A stretch of 64,000 bases of DNA, taken from assembly GCA_012295275.1 (NCBI GenBank), contig CM022667.1:13826001-13890000 (forward strand), read 5' to 3'. The translations under genes were made by a program, and so were the position numbers. A model generated the notes under the pieces. The model did not search any database, had not been told where the DNA came from, and saw only the letters and a program-made list of their open reading frames with translations. Source of the stretch: Chrysomallon squamiferum (Eukaryota; Animalia; Mollusca). This document shows positions 25,601-38,726 of this stretch, piece after piece (positions within the stretch are counted from its first letter, which is position 1; every line of letters begins with the position of its first letter).

Positions 25601-28099
25601 GTAAGAGTAAGAGATTGTAATAGTTGTAGCAGTAGACGTAACACTACCTATAGACTTAGAGCAGTAGAACAGTAGCAATAGCACTAGTAGTGGTTATAGT
25701 AGCAGTAGTAGTAGTGTTTGTGGTTATAGTATTAGTAGTATCAGTATTAGTACTGGCAATAGTAGATTTATTTAACATTGGTAACAACTGTTATAGTACT
25801 AGAATTACCAGATTTGATCTAGCAATTATTACTTTATTTTTTCATATGAATTATTGCCAGTATTTCTGTACCTTCTTCAAGCTTTTTGAATAACTGGAGG
25901 CCCTCTGCATACGTTGCTTTGCTTCTCATTTCAGACTCTTCATCAGACGACACATCCTGGTTGATCTTCACGTAAACCTGTAACAGATTTTAGTTCAGTT
26001 TAATTAACAGTAGCAAGATGGTCTGTAGTTCAATAACTGCCGCAAGTGACTGAAATAACATTAATTAAATTCTAAAGGATGCATACTGTAGTTCATGTAT
26101 ATAATCATTTTATGACTAATAAGATGCAGGTTCAAATCCTCATTGGGCTATTTCCTATTTTACCATTTCATGTAGCTGTTGTATCAGAAACCTATCAATT
26201 ATGTAGCAGAGAGAGTTTCCTATTTATATCTTATTAGCAGAAGAATTAAAAAAATTAATAATAAAATGTGTTAAAATATTCATAAACAATTAATTCAATT
26301 AATTCAGTAGCAATAAAAAATATATAAATATGTATATATAAAATCATTTTAAACAGTTATGGGTATGTATAACCATTGCTTTTTTCTTCTTTTTTTTCTT
26401 TCTTTTTTTAATATTTAATAATTATTTCTTAAACAGAAATAAATTATTTTAAGATGTTGAAAAAAGAAACAGACATTCACCTCAAATAAGTGTAACATAG
26501 GATCTTTCTTCAGCTTTTCAACTTGACCGTATTTCTTAAAACCAGTGGCAAGAAGACCTTAAAAAAAGAAAATAATTAATAAACAAAATCAGTAATAAAG
26601 GTGAATGAATGAACATTTGTATTCTGGAATAATGCAGAGAGACAGAAACAGAAAACAAATAAGGAAGATAGATAAAGATATATAGACAGAGAGAGGAAAG
26701 AAAGAGAAACAGAGGCTTAAAAACAGAGACACAGAAAGAAAAAGACAGAGAGAATGAAAATGAGAGGAGTGAGTGAATGAGAGACAGAAAGAAGGTAAGA
26801 AAAAAGTAAAGAGGGAGGATATTAGACACATAATAAACGACTAACTGAGAGAGATGGAAAGAAGAAGAAAGTAAGGAAAAAGTAAAGACTGAAGAGAAGG
26901 AGGATATCAGACACACAGACATCATAAAGGACTAACTGATGTAAAGATTTACCAAACTGAGTTCCCCAGTCTCCGAGGTAATTCAGACGGATTACTTTAT
27001 GACCGAGAACTTCGTACAGATTTGCAATCACATTGCCAATGATGGTTGACCTCAGATGACCTGCATGAAAAGGCTTGGCAATGTTTGGAGAACTGAAGAT
27101 TAATTTCAAAAATCGGTATTAACAATTTTTTTTTTAAATTTTAAGTGAGATATAAATATATTAATTGCTCCACAAATAGAAAATTATCATTTAGACACTG
27201 TGACCCAAAATATCTGATTAAATGTTGTTTTCGTTATGTTTATGTAAATGTATAAAAAGTTCTAAAAATTATGATTATTATTGACATAGCCATTATTTGT
27301 TTATGTTAAATACTTGGATTAAATGTTATACTGAAAGCAAAAGGTGGAAACATTTTATTCATCATCTGGCATAATGTATACTATTATGATAATAGACCAT
27401 GTTGATAATAAAGATAAAATCTGATGTGTGATATACACCTGTATTCAACAAGCACATTTTCTGATGGTGGTTGGTTATCTTTGTAGCCATACTGTGAACC
27501 TGATGTCTGGATATCTTTCAAAACATGCTAATAAATCAAAAAAATAGAAAATTAAAAATTAAAAAAATTAAAAATATATATATATATATGAAGAAACCCC
27601 AAAAAAGAAAAATAGAATGAATTATCTGAGGTTAAAAGTAAAATCATTTCCAAAACCCAAAATCTTTTAAATTTCAAATATTAAAACTAATAAATGTTAA
27701 AAAAATTTAGATGTTTTATTTGTGATGTGCAGGATACTGGGGATGTTTGGCATGCTGTTTTACTTATTTAAAATAATTATATCTTAAATAATCAATTTTC
27801 TTTTTAAAGTAACTTGTATACTATATATGCATATGTGTATGGGTGTGTATATATGGATATCAATTAATCAAAACATTTGGGGAACAAATATAATTTTATA
27901 AAAAAAACATTTGGGGAACAAATATAATTTTATAAATAAATTTTCAGATATATCTGATTTGAAAATATTATATTTATGGTTACACTGCAATAAAACAAAT
28001 AAATACCTGACTGAAGTCGTGGCTATCCACTTGAATACGAACAGAATCTTTATCCAGGCTAATTTTTTCAGGACCACCATTATTATTCTGAAAATATTG

Positions 28100-28130
<31 letters not shown>

Positions 28131-28386
28131 AAATTTAAAAACAAAATCAATTAAAAGTATACAATAAAAATATTTCTAATGATAATGTATATCAATGTCT
28201 TTAAATACAAAACTATAATAAAAATGAATTGATAATATTATGAAAACGTGTATATAACAGTGTTTTTTCCTTGTAATTCAGTGCAGAATTATTTTAATTT
28301 TAATGTCATAAATACAATAAATTAAATAATAATGATCTGTGTTATGTGTTAATAAACAAACAAAAAAAAAAAAAAAAAAAAAATAA

Positions 28387-28429
<43 letters not shown>

Positions 28430-29482
28430 GTCTAACCAACCTGATCAGTGACAATGACCTTTTCCCATCCTTCACCCACAAGTGATGATAAGCTGTCTGC
28501 TCTAATTTCAAGTTGTTGCTCTGATGCCCTGAAGTATTTTATTTATAAATAAATGTATAATATAATTTATATACATAAGATATATTAGCCAACTTTAGGG
28601 GCAATAAAAAATAAACAGTCTACTAATATTCACTAATATTATATAATCTCCCTCTAAGATTATATATATATATAAATGATAATAATGAATAAATAAATAA
28701 ATAAAATATATAAAATAAATAAGTAAATAAATAATTTTGTTTATGCATTTATTCTGTAAATGAATACTATTAATTATCTAGCATCTGTTCAAACATTTTA
28801 TGCACACACAACACACATATATATATATATATATTAATTCCATCTATTTTTTTAGTATTTTGAATAAATATTAAATCTGATATTAAATTATTACACAGCC
28901 ATGAAAAAAAAAAATAAACAAAAAAAAAAAAATCCCCCAAAACAAAATTATTTGATGTAATTATTGATAATTATTTCTATGTCTAGCTAAGAACTGTCAC
29001 CTGAATACTTTAGATGCTTCCCTAACTTTCATTAATTTGACCAAACTATCTTCAAGTTTTCTACCATCATTAACGCCAAGTTGTCCGTGACGAATCAGTG
29101 ATCTTATTATCTGAAATTAAAATAAAATTAATCTCATTTTCCAAATTAAATCTTACTTGTTTTGTTCATAAATTATTAATCGTAATAAAATACATTTTCT
29201 ATTGGATGTGTCATTTAGAATTAATATTTTTAAAGTTATAAACAAATATTTATATTCTTTATTTTAATTTTTCAATTAATTTAGTATAATTTTTTAAAAT
29301 GTATTATTATTTAATTACTTATTTTTGATTTATGACGAAAATAAGTAAGATCGGAAACACAAACATCATCGGCTTTCGTTTTATTTAATGATATTATTAC
29401 TAAGTATAAGACAACAGATCAAAATAAACTTATTTTCTAACCGTACCTTATTAACAGATATTCTTTTAAAATAAAATGCCAT
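19472..29482 (-). CDS. RARS2: Mitochondrial arginine--tRNA ligase
   Basis: Minus-strand exons: 29482-29447, 29110-29001, 28528-28441, 28087-28007, 27527-27439, 27092-26953, 26557-26481, 25977-25872, 25125-25052, 24761-24655, 24079-23987, 23427-23367, 23068-22989, 22505-22372, 21652-21475, 20982-20887, 20502-20428, 20103-20040, 19558-19472 (TGA); all GT-AG and in phase. Motifs [23 protein letters not shown] (HIGH), [30 protein letters not shown] (KMSKS-equivalent), FLQYCHARL and C-terminal LGIEPLEKM. The short N-terminus [12 protein letters not shown] without the cytosolic leucine-zipper extension indicates the mitochondrial paralog. Confidence 0.93.
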
Positions 29483-29780
29483 TGATGTATGTTTTGATTA
29501 CACACGAAATATGTCGTTATAATCTATTTCATGTCCTCTCTGTGGAGGCTGCCATCTTTGAAAAATAAAAGTCATTTACGTAATATTCACTTCGATATCA
29601 GTCTAACTGGTTCTTAGTAGTTTACAATACGCTAATAGGGATACACTATACTTTACTGCTAGTTTACTGTGTCGGTCAAATGTTAATGCGACCTTGAAGT
29701 GTATCCTTGTTGGAAACCTTGAACTTGATTTTTCTGGGACCGGCGAGCGATAAAACATAAAGACGTGGTAGGAATTCAGT
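29483..29780. promoter_or_regulatory. Bidirectional promoter shared by RARS2 and GOT2
   Basis: Divergent start codons only 298 bp apart. The interval retains CpGs and contains a YY1-like AAGATGGC on the minus strand (~29551-29558) and a nuclear-receptor half-site-like CGACCTTGA (~29689-29697). Confidence 0.75.
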
Positions 29781-30050
29781 ATGGCAGTTCAGAATTATAT
29801 TTTCAGCTCACTGACAAAAGTGTTATCAAAACACACTTTCAATACTGCAGTAAGATCAAGGTTTGTTACTGTTTTCTACGAATTATAGAGCATTCACAGC
29901 ATTGGCTATTGCATATAAAACACTAAGACACACAGTCGCATGTACAGATTTTCGCAAGTTAAGTAATAAACACTAAAACAGGATATCCTGTTATCTTCAA
30001 ATAGTTTCAGTGTACAAATTAAGTTATGTGTATCTATATTATAATGAATA

Positions 30051-30081
<31 letters not shown>

Positions 30082-30394
30082 TATTATTTAAATAAATATA
30101 TACATAATAATAAGAAAAACTAATAAGAAAAAAAAAAAAAAAAAAAAAAAAAAATTTAACATTTTTTTTTACCCAGAATATTTATTATCTAAAAGATAAA
30201 TTTAAATTTATTATGACAGTACTTTCAAAAATGGCATTCACATTTATTTTTAATAAACACATAGGCTCAAGGAAACAGTTATTAATGAAAGCTGTGTGCT
30301 ATAATGTGAATAAAAATCATTAAATAATGTCATTAGATATTAAAAAAAAAAAAAATAATAATAATAATAAAATGTTACAGTTGTTGTAATTCAA

Positions 30395-30433
<39 letters not shown>

Positions 30434-30678
30434 TATTAAATCCATTTATTTTGTGTATTTGTAGCTCATGCTGGTCTAATGTAGAACTTGGTCCACCAGA
30501 TGCAATTTTGGGAATTACTGAAGCATACAAGCGTGACACAAATCCCAAGAAGATTAACTTGGGAGTAGGAGCGTACAGGGATGACAATGGAAAACCCTTT
30601 GTCTTGCCAACTGTGAAGAAGGTTGGCTTAAATTAAACTAAAAAAGCTTTAATAATAATAATAATAAATAATAATAAT

Positions 30679-30760
<82 letters not shown>

Positions 30761-33700
30761 ACAGATTAACTATTAAATTCATTTGTGTCTAAAATAATTT
30801 TACTCAAAATAAATAATGAAAGATTACTTTAGATTTGCCAGTGATCAGCTGAAATATTAAAAGGAAATTTTATTTAATTATACATCTTTAAAATATTTTT
30901 CTTCCATTTAGTCTTATTTCTTTCCATATTTCAGAAACACGTACAGTAATTTTTGTTGGAATAAGTAAATTGTACATATTTATTACACCAGTAAATAACT
31001 TAAAATGCATTTATTTTATTTGCATAAATACGATTAATTTTCTTTTAACTAAAAACTGTTTTTCACCTAAAATTATCCTAGCAAGGTTAGAGAATTGTTT
31101 CTTTTATAACAGATTTACATCCTTATTTAATACTGTAATAACCTTTAGTTATAAGATGTTTAGTCTGCAGTTATTGTATTTAATTTTAGGCAGACAGGAT
31201 GATTCTGGAAGCAAACATGGACAAAGAATACGCCTCTATCAGTGGCATAGCTGACTTCTGCAGTGCATCAGCAAAACTTGCTTTTGGAGATGACAGCAGT
31301 GTCATCAAAAACAAACTGGTTAGTTGATAATTTTATCAAAATATTTTAATTTTTAAATACGTCTTTGATGTACCAGTTATTGGGCAGTGGTGACATCAGG
31401 AAAGCAATGGTTAGTGTCTGTAATAAAGAGTTTCTTATTGGTCTGTTCTTACTCACTGTTATGATAACCTGTTGACATGGTAACCAGTTACACTGATGCT
31501 TCAAAAAGAAATAGAAAACATCCACATAACATTGTTGTTTGATACTGTTAGTGAGAGTAATTATATAACATTTTAAGAATATACAAGTTTTGTTATTCAT
31601 ACTCTATTTTTTATATATATAAAAATTTTTTTTTTTAAATTTAGTGGTTACCTAATCTATAATTTTGTTTTGTCAAAGAATTTTAAAATAGGATAATAAT
31701 AAAGTTATTATTTGACTAATGGATAATAAACATTTTTTTGGTTTAATTTTCTTATTTTAATTATTATTATTATTATTAAAAAAAATTCAATTATAAAATA
31801 TTGTTTTTACAGAATGCCACAGTTCAGGGTATTTCTGGAACAGGATCATTAAGAATAGGAGCAGCATTTTTTGTAAGTTGATCATCCTGAGGATTAAGTT
31901 GTTTTATCTTTATTGGACAACAGAAATAGGTACAAATAGAAAAATATTTAAATAAAACTTCTTTTCTTTTACCAAAAAAATTAAATAAAATAAAGCAAGA
32001 AAGATGTATGTTAAGCATTTAACAAATGACTTTTTTATTATTGTTATTCAGATAATTTCAAATGGAAAAATTTAAAAATTACTGCATGATATTTACATAA
32101 AAGTATATTAAAGTATATCCAGAATGGAAAAAAAAATAATTTAACATTTAAAATGCAGAATTTAATTTGGTTTGTAAATTACATTTTAAAAGGAGAACAA
32201 GTCTGATTAAGCTACAATGTACTAACAGCAGTGGTTAGATTTTGTAAATTTTACAATTCAGTATTATATATATATTACAATGTTTTAATATTTGATGTTT
32301 TTATTTCAGTCCAAGTGGTACCAACCCAGCAAGGTTTTCTTCATTCCCACTCCCACTTGGGGTAATCACACACCCATTTTTAAGTAATGATATTTTTTCT
32401 TTTCTTGTTTCATTGTTAATTTTACTTAATGTTTAATTGTTATAAAAGCCATAAAACAAAATACCTTTTTTTAAAACAAAAACAAGAATAGTAATTGCAA
32501 TAGTGACAACAATAAAAACAATAAGCACAGCACCAGTAATATAAATACAAATGATAGCTGCAATAATACCATAACAACAACAACAACAAAAATTAAAAAA
32601 TAACAAACTTAAAATATTGAGAGTAAAAACTATATATAAATTAAATTTGAAATTTGATTTTTGATGTATGTTTAATTCAGGCATTCTGGTCTTGATGTCA
32701 AGCCATACAGATATTTTGATGCTAAGACTAATGGATTTGATTTCAATGGTGCTTGTGAGGACATCAAGGTTAGCAAATTAATTTCTAATATGATATTTAG
32801 TTAAAAAAAAAAAATTATATATATATTTAATAGTTCTTAATTTTTATTTCATATGTTATTGAAAATTGTTAATCTAGATTTTATTAAATTATCAGCAGTT
32901 TGCATACATAAAAGGTAAAAATTACATCCCTCAGTAAGGTATTTGTTTTGTCAATGATATATAAATTAAGTTTGAAAAACTATTAATTGTTTAGGTAAGT
33001 ATATGTTTTATTTTGGCATTCTGACATAAAAGGGTTATCAACATTTATTTTTCATTTCTCCTTACTCCATTTAATTTTAATTTATTATATGTTGCAATTT
33101 ATAAAATAATTTTATGTATTCGTAATAATACTTAAAAAAGTATTTAGTATTGGTTAAAATTTAAATAATGAATAACACTTTGTTTTTAAATGTTTCAGAA
33201 CATGCCAGACCAGTCTGTTGTTGTTCTTCATGCTTGTGCCCACAATCCAACTGGTGTGGATCCAAGGGTAAGTTAACTTTAATTAAAACCAAAAAATCTG
33301 AAATTGTGTTCAGAAAGTTTTATTTTTGAAAAAGTATGGACCAAGGGTAAATGAATTTAATTACCATAAAAAGTATAAACTTTATACAGAAAGTTTTATG
33401 AATATCTTTAATTTTTTCCCAGAGTATAGATCCAAGAGGGAGTGAACTTTAATTAAGATAAAAATATGAAACTTTTGAAAAAATATTGATCCAAGATAAG
33501 TTATTTTATTTAAGAAGAAATTATGAAACTTTCTGTATAAAGCATCTTCATTACAACGAAAGCCTTCAGAATCCAAACCAAAAAATATACATTAAGAACA
33601 TTAAATTCCAGGAAAATATATTTATTGATCTTACCAGCCAATATCATGCAGACATTAATTACTGTGAATTTTGCTGCTTCATTTGTTTTTACTTTAACAC

Positions 33701-35923
33701 AGTACCAAAGTATGGTAATTTTTGGTGTGTATGTTAATTATAAATCACAGCAGATGATAAAATAATGCATCACTTCTTTGTTACAGCCAGAACAGTGGAA
33801 GGAGATAAGTCAGATTATTAAACAGAAGAAACACTTCCCGTTCTTTGACATGGCCTACCAGGGCTTTGCTAGTGGGGACTGTACGAGGGACGCGTTTGCT
33901 ATCAGACAGTTTATTGAAGATGGCCACTCACTTGCTCTTTGTCAGTCATTTGCCAAAAATATGGGTCTATATGGTGAGTTTTCCTTTTTTCTGAGGTATT
34001 GTTTCATTCCATAGGCACCATTTGGTTTCCATTAAAAAGTCAATTTAATTGTGATATATACTTTTTTCATGTTTATTTTTATTTTAATTTTATTTTTGTT
34101 GTTGATGAAATTATGGAGCAGTATAAATACATCTGAAATCAAATGTAATTTAATTTAGTAACAAATACTTGTATAAATAGTAAAATGGTGTGGGTGTGTA
34201 TGGTTTTCAGTAATTATCACTGAATGCATTTTTCACTGCATACATATATCAGTGTTTAAATTAATGTATCTACAGATGAATCTTTAAGTGTGTGTGTTTT
34301 CTTGTGAACTTTATTTCTCCTCGTTTCTCCTACTCTCCTTACTTTGATGTGATCAGGAGAGAGAGCTGGAGCTTTCACTCTCGTGTGCTCTTCATCTGAC
34401 GAGATGGAGCGCGTCATGTCACAGTTGAAAATCCTCATCAGACCCATGTACTCCAACCCCCCCATCCATGGCGCCCGAATCGTTTCAAAGATCCTCAACA
34501 CTCCAGAACTGAAACAAGAATGGTGAGACAGCTACAGCTAGAAAATATTTTAAATATTCCTTTTTTTAAAAACCTGCTTGTACTGATGTGTGTTGCCTGC
34601 TTTATCTAGTAGATTTGAATAACATTTATAAAATCGTGGTTGATGTTGTATTGTTTATTATATATTTAACCATTCCAAGTACTTTTGTGTCATCTGATTC
34701 ATAAAGCTGTATAGAATTGATGGTTAATAATGTTTAATACATTGTATGTATAAAATGATTTACATGAATAAGTTCATGAAACTGATTTTTACTGACAATA
34801 AACTATGATTATAAAATAAAGCCAGCAAAAGAAAACAAGCATTATTTCCCTTACTTATTACATTAGAAACCACTGATGAAATGATAAACATGTTATTTAA
34901 TTTGGGGAACCCAATCCTTATTAACAATAAAGTATGATAATACAAACCTGAAAACAAAAAACTGAGGCAGCAGTTTCCATCCTTGTTTATTAATAAAATC
35001 AGATCATTGAAAAAATATTACACAAATATGAACTTGGTGTTATACAACAACCTTTAATTATGAAAAGGATGTACTAAGCCATTGGATATATTTTTTTAAT
35101 TATTTTTTTTTAAATGTTTATAGGCTGAAGGATGTGAAAGGAATGGCTGATCGTATAATTGGAATGAGAACCATGCTTGTTGATGGTCTGAAGAAAGAAG
35201 GATCATCACACAACTGGCAGCACATCACAGATCAGATAGGAATGTTCTGTTTTACTGGACTCAAACCAGACCAGGTCTGTTAAAGTTTTTGTAACCCTAA
35301 AATGTTATATCATCATCTAATATTTTCATCTTTTCAGATTAACTTTAGTACATTTAAACTTGAAATAATATAAATATTTTGTATTTGTCAGACTTGTATA
35401 TTCTTTAATTTTTTGTTCTCTCATTTTCCTTTTTCTTCTGTCTCTCCTTTATTTTTCTCTTATTCACTTGGTATAGAATAAAACAACAGCAATCCCCATG
35501 CTATTTACTGATTTTAATTTACTTCATAATTATGATATGCCCTGAACATGTAAAGAGTAATTTATAAAAAAAAAAAAATCATTTTTTTCTTCATCTTGGT
35601 GTAACTATTTATACTGGGGTTTTTTTTTGGTTTTTTTATTTTAAATAAATCTTTAAGCTGTTCCATAAAAAATAAAGGATTAACTCTTCAGTGTAAATCT
35701 AACTAGGTCTGTTATTATTATTATTTTTTAAAATATATTTTTAATTGTTTTTAAGAAAAATGAATGGCAAAAAATTATTTTCCTTTCTTTTTTATTGCAG
35801 GTTGAAAGACTTACGAAAGAATTCTCCATTTATCTTACCAAAGATGGCCGAATTTCTGTGGCTGGTGTGACGTCAGGCAATGTCAGCTACCTAGCCAATG
35901 CCATCCACCAGGTCACCAAGTAA
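29781..35923 (+). CDS. GOT2: Mitochondrial aspartate aminotransferase
   Basis: Exons 29781-29860, 30465-30621, 31190-31318, 31813-31872, 32310-32383, 32681-32768, 33199-33267, 33787-33973, 34357-34522, 35124-35274, 35801-35923 (TAA). Transit-peptide-like N-terminus, then [45 protein letters not shown], the PLP-lysine motif [17 protein letters not shown] and C-terminal [11 protein letters not shown]. Confidence 0.97.
30651..30758. repeat. (AAT)n(AAC)n microsatellite
   Basis: Directly visible in GOT2 intron 2. Confidence 0.95.
33259..33545 (+). repeat. Degenerate tandem repeat (60-90-bp unit, ~4 copies) spanning a GOT2 exon end and donor
   Basis: GATCCAAGG|GTAAGTTAACTTTAATTA (real), GACCAAGG|GTAAATGAATTTAATTA, GATCCAAGAGGGAGTGAACTTTAATTA, GATCCAAGATAAGTTATTTTATTTA. 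Confidence 0.8.
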
Positions 35924-38210
35924 ACTGATGTTTGACGCTGACTGTACAAGAGGAAATAGTCTGTGATCATGTGTTTGTTGGTCGTCATGGTAACCTTGTA
36001 ACGATGCCCAGTGATGTGATGTTAGAAGGATTCCACTAAACTTAGTAGACATCTTGTTACCATCATGGAAATAATTAAGTGTTTTAAATCTTGTCTTTTT
36101 TGTTAATTTTAGTTTAGTCTGTTAATGTGCACATCAAAACTTTTTTATTTTTTTACAGTAGATGCTTGAAATAAGGTATATATATATATCTTTTTTTTGC
36201 TATTCTTATATTAATATAGCCACTGTTATTTTGCTGTTTATACAGCATAAAAGTTGTAAGATAATGTTTACTTCTCATACAGTTTATACCTACAAAACAA
36301 TTTTTTTTTTCCGATTTCTTTTTTTTTTTAAAGACTTTACATTTATTTAAAATTCATGTTGGCAAGTACAAAACACCTACACAAAAATGTATTAATTATT
36401 TTGTTCCATAATTTTCATGAAACTCAATTGGAAATAACTTCAGTAAATTTTTTTCTCCATGAACTACCATTTAACTGAATTAATTTTACAGTTTGTCCTT
36501 TTACATCTAGTTGTTCAAGTTTCTCTGTTGGCTACTTAGTCTGAAAATTCTACGATGAAGGGTCTTATTATTATTCTTTTTTGTTCTCTGTATACGCAAC
36601 ACATTTTGGGGTCTGTTCTCTTGATTATTTTTGTTTTGAACAAAGAATACACTACCAAAATAGTGCTACGTAACTGTGTTAACTCAGAATTATACATTTC
36701 TTCAAAATAAAAAATTTATAAAAATAATAAAAAATATCTTAGGATTTTAGATGTCACAGAGGAAATGAAAATCTCATATTTACATATCTTGCCTTTTTTA
36801 TATATTATTTACAGGCATTTAATATATGGATTAATATTATTTACAGATCTGGTTAAGTATCTAAGGATTAATATTTACAGATCTCATTAAGGTTTGTGGG
36901 TTAGTATTAGATATGGTTAATTGTGTGAGGGTCTGCTTATTATTTTACAACACAAATATAATTATATTCTCAATTTTTGTCTTTTCTTTTTTATATGATA
37001 ACTCCACTACTGAACAAGAACTAAGTTGATTTTTTGTTTTTCTTTGTTTTGTTTGTTGTTGTTTTGTTTTTTACACAATGAATATTCATGCTAATCTGTG
37101 AGAACCATATTTTGGTTAATCCACATGCTAGTCTAACAGGTCTAAATTAATTATTGTAGTTTGTCAAAATTAATATTTTCAAAAGGAGCATGGAGAATAT
37201 ATTTTGAAATGAAAAGTAACTAAACCACGCAAACGTCAATTTGTATTACATTTAATAATCATGATAATCAATAAGCTAAATTTTGTTTGTTTGTTGTGTT
37301 TGGATTATATGATGTATTTTTCATTTTACTTTACATTCATTTGATTAGAACTGGCTTGAGATTTGTTAAGCAAATTCGATTTATTTCTTGAATGCATAAC
37401 CATTCTGTGTATATTTTTGATTTTGTTTTTGTCAGTATATTTTTATTATTATATACAGATTATAGAAGTTTGTATTACAAATTTTATAAACTGATCTTGG
37501 ATTATAAAATTTCATGTTTTTCAAATTCACAGGTAAGAAAAATTTAGTGTACCCAGACATTTGTGTCATTTTTGAAAAATAATTTTCAGTGATTGCATAA
37601 TATATATTAAATAAATATATAAATTTACATTATGTAAAATGTTGATAAAAAAAAAATACTCATTTAAAATTTTTTTAAAGAAAGATAAAAGAAAAAGAAA
37701 AAAATTGCCATATGAAATTTATTTTTTAATATTAATTAGTGCTATGTGTTCTGTTGTTTTTAAATTTTATTTTTTCCTAAAATACATTGTGTATATGTTA
37801 AAATTGAATTTTTTTGGTGCATTTTATGTCTTTTTTTTTATTTAGTATTAATGTTTTGCTTTTAATGCTAACAGCAAAAATAATCATGTGTAATGGCTTC
37901 TAAATTGCATGTAAACATATCAAAAGCAAATAAATATCTATTTTTAATACTATGTAATTATTCTGAATCTCTATACTTGCAATTTCAGTTAATTTGATCA
38001 TTTTATATTACATGATAAAAATTAAGTTTGTATTTTTCCTGAAACTATATCAATGGAACACATGTGATTTAAAAATTGTGTAATTAATCTTGATAGATGC
38101 ATTATTATTATATTGGTTATCAAATTTTAAAAAGTATATATTAAAAACATTATTATCAATTTTAGTATTTTTTATTTTTTTTTTATATTCATTGCAAGTA
38201 TTGCTTAAAG

Positions 38211-38255
<45 letters not shown>

Positions 38256-38453
38256 TCCAAAACTACCAACAGTTTAGAAATGTTTTTGTGAGGTCATACC
38301 GTTTTGTATTTAAAAATAAAAAATATTAAAAAAGTAACATGTTTGTCTTTATTCAAATCTTCAGGGAGCATTGTAGAATGTGTTTAAATATGTATATTAA
38401 TGAAACAATTTAATTTTGTTGTAGCAGTTTCAGACCAAATATATATATATATA

Positions 38454-38506
38454 TGGAGGTTCAAATTAATAATAATAATAATTATTATTATTAATTTGAA
38501 CCTCCA
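38454..38506. repeat. Perfect 26-bp inverted repeat with 1-nt spacer
   Basis: TGGAGGTTCAAATTAATAATAATAAT-A-ATTATTATTATTAATTTGAACCTCCA. Confidence 0.95.
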
Positions 38507-38726
38507 CATTTTCAACATTGCCAGAATTTTTGGTTCCTTATCAAAATGTTTTATTTCTAATTCTTGAATAATCTTATGCTATTACTTACATTTCGTTCTT
38601 GGTATGGTAACCATTACTGGACGTAATAATGATTTCACAATTCATGACGTCATTTCCGACAGATTGACATCGACAGTGTTTTTTGTTTGCCACCTGTGTC
38701 TATTATTAGTATTATTATTACTACTA

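Noticed and set aside
26536-26925. 129-aa hydrophobic ORF suggesting a membrane protein
   Set aside because: It is the purine/pyrimidine-skewed low-complexity RARS2 intron; only its last codons overlap a real exon in another frame.
29977-29992. 16-bp palindrome AACAGGATATCCTGTT in GOT2 intron 1
   Set aside because: Short and isolated; it may be chance and nothing supports a function.
34256-34501. 81-aa minus-strand ORF
   Set aside because: Antisense shadow of GOT2 exon 9.
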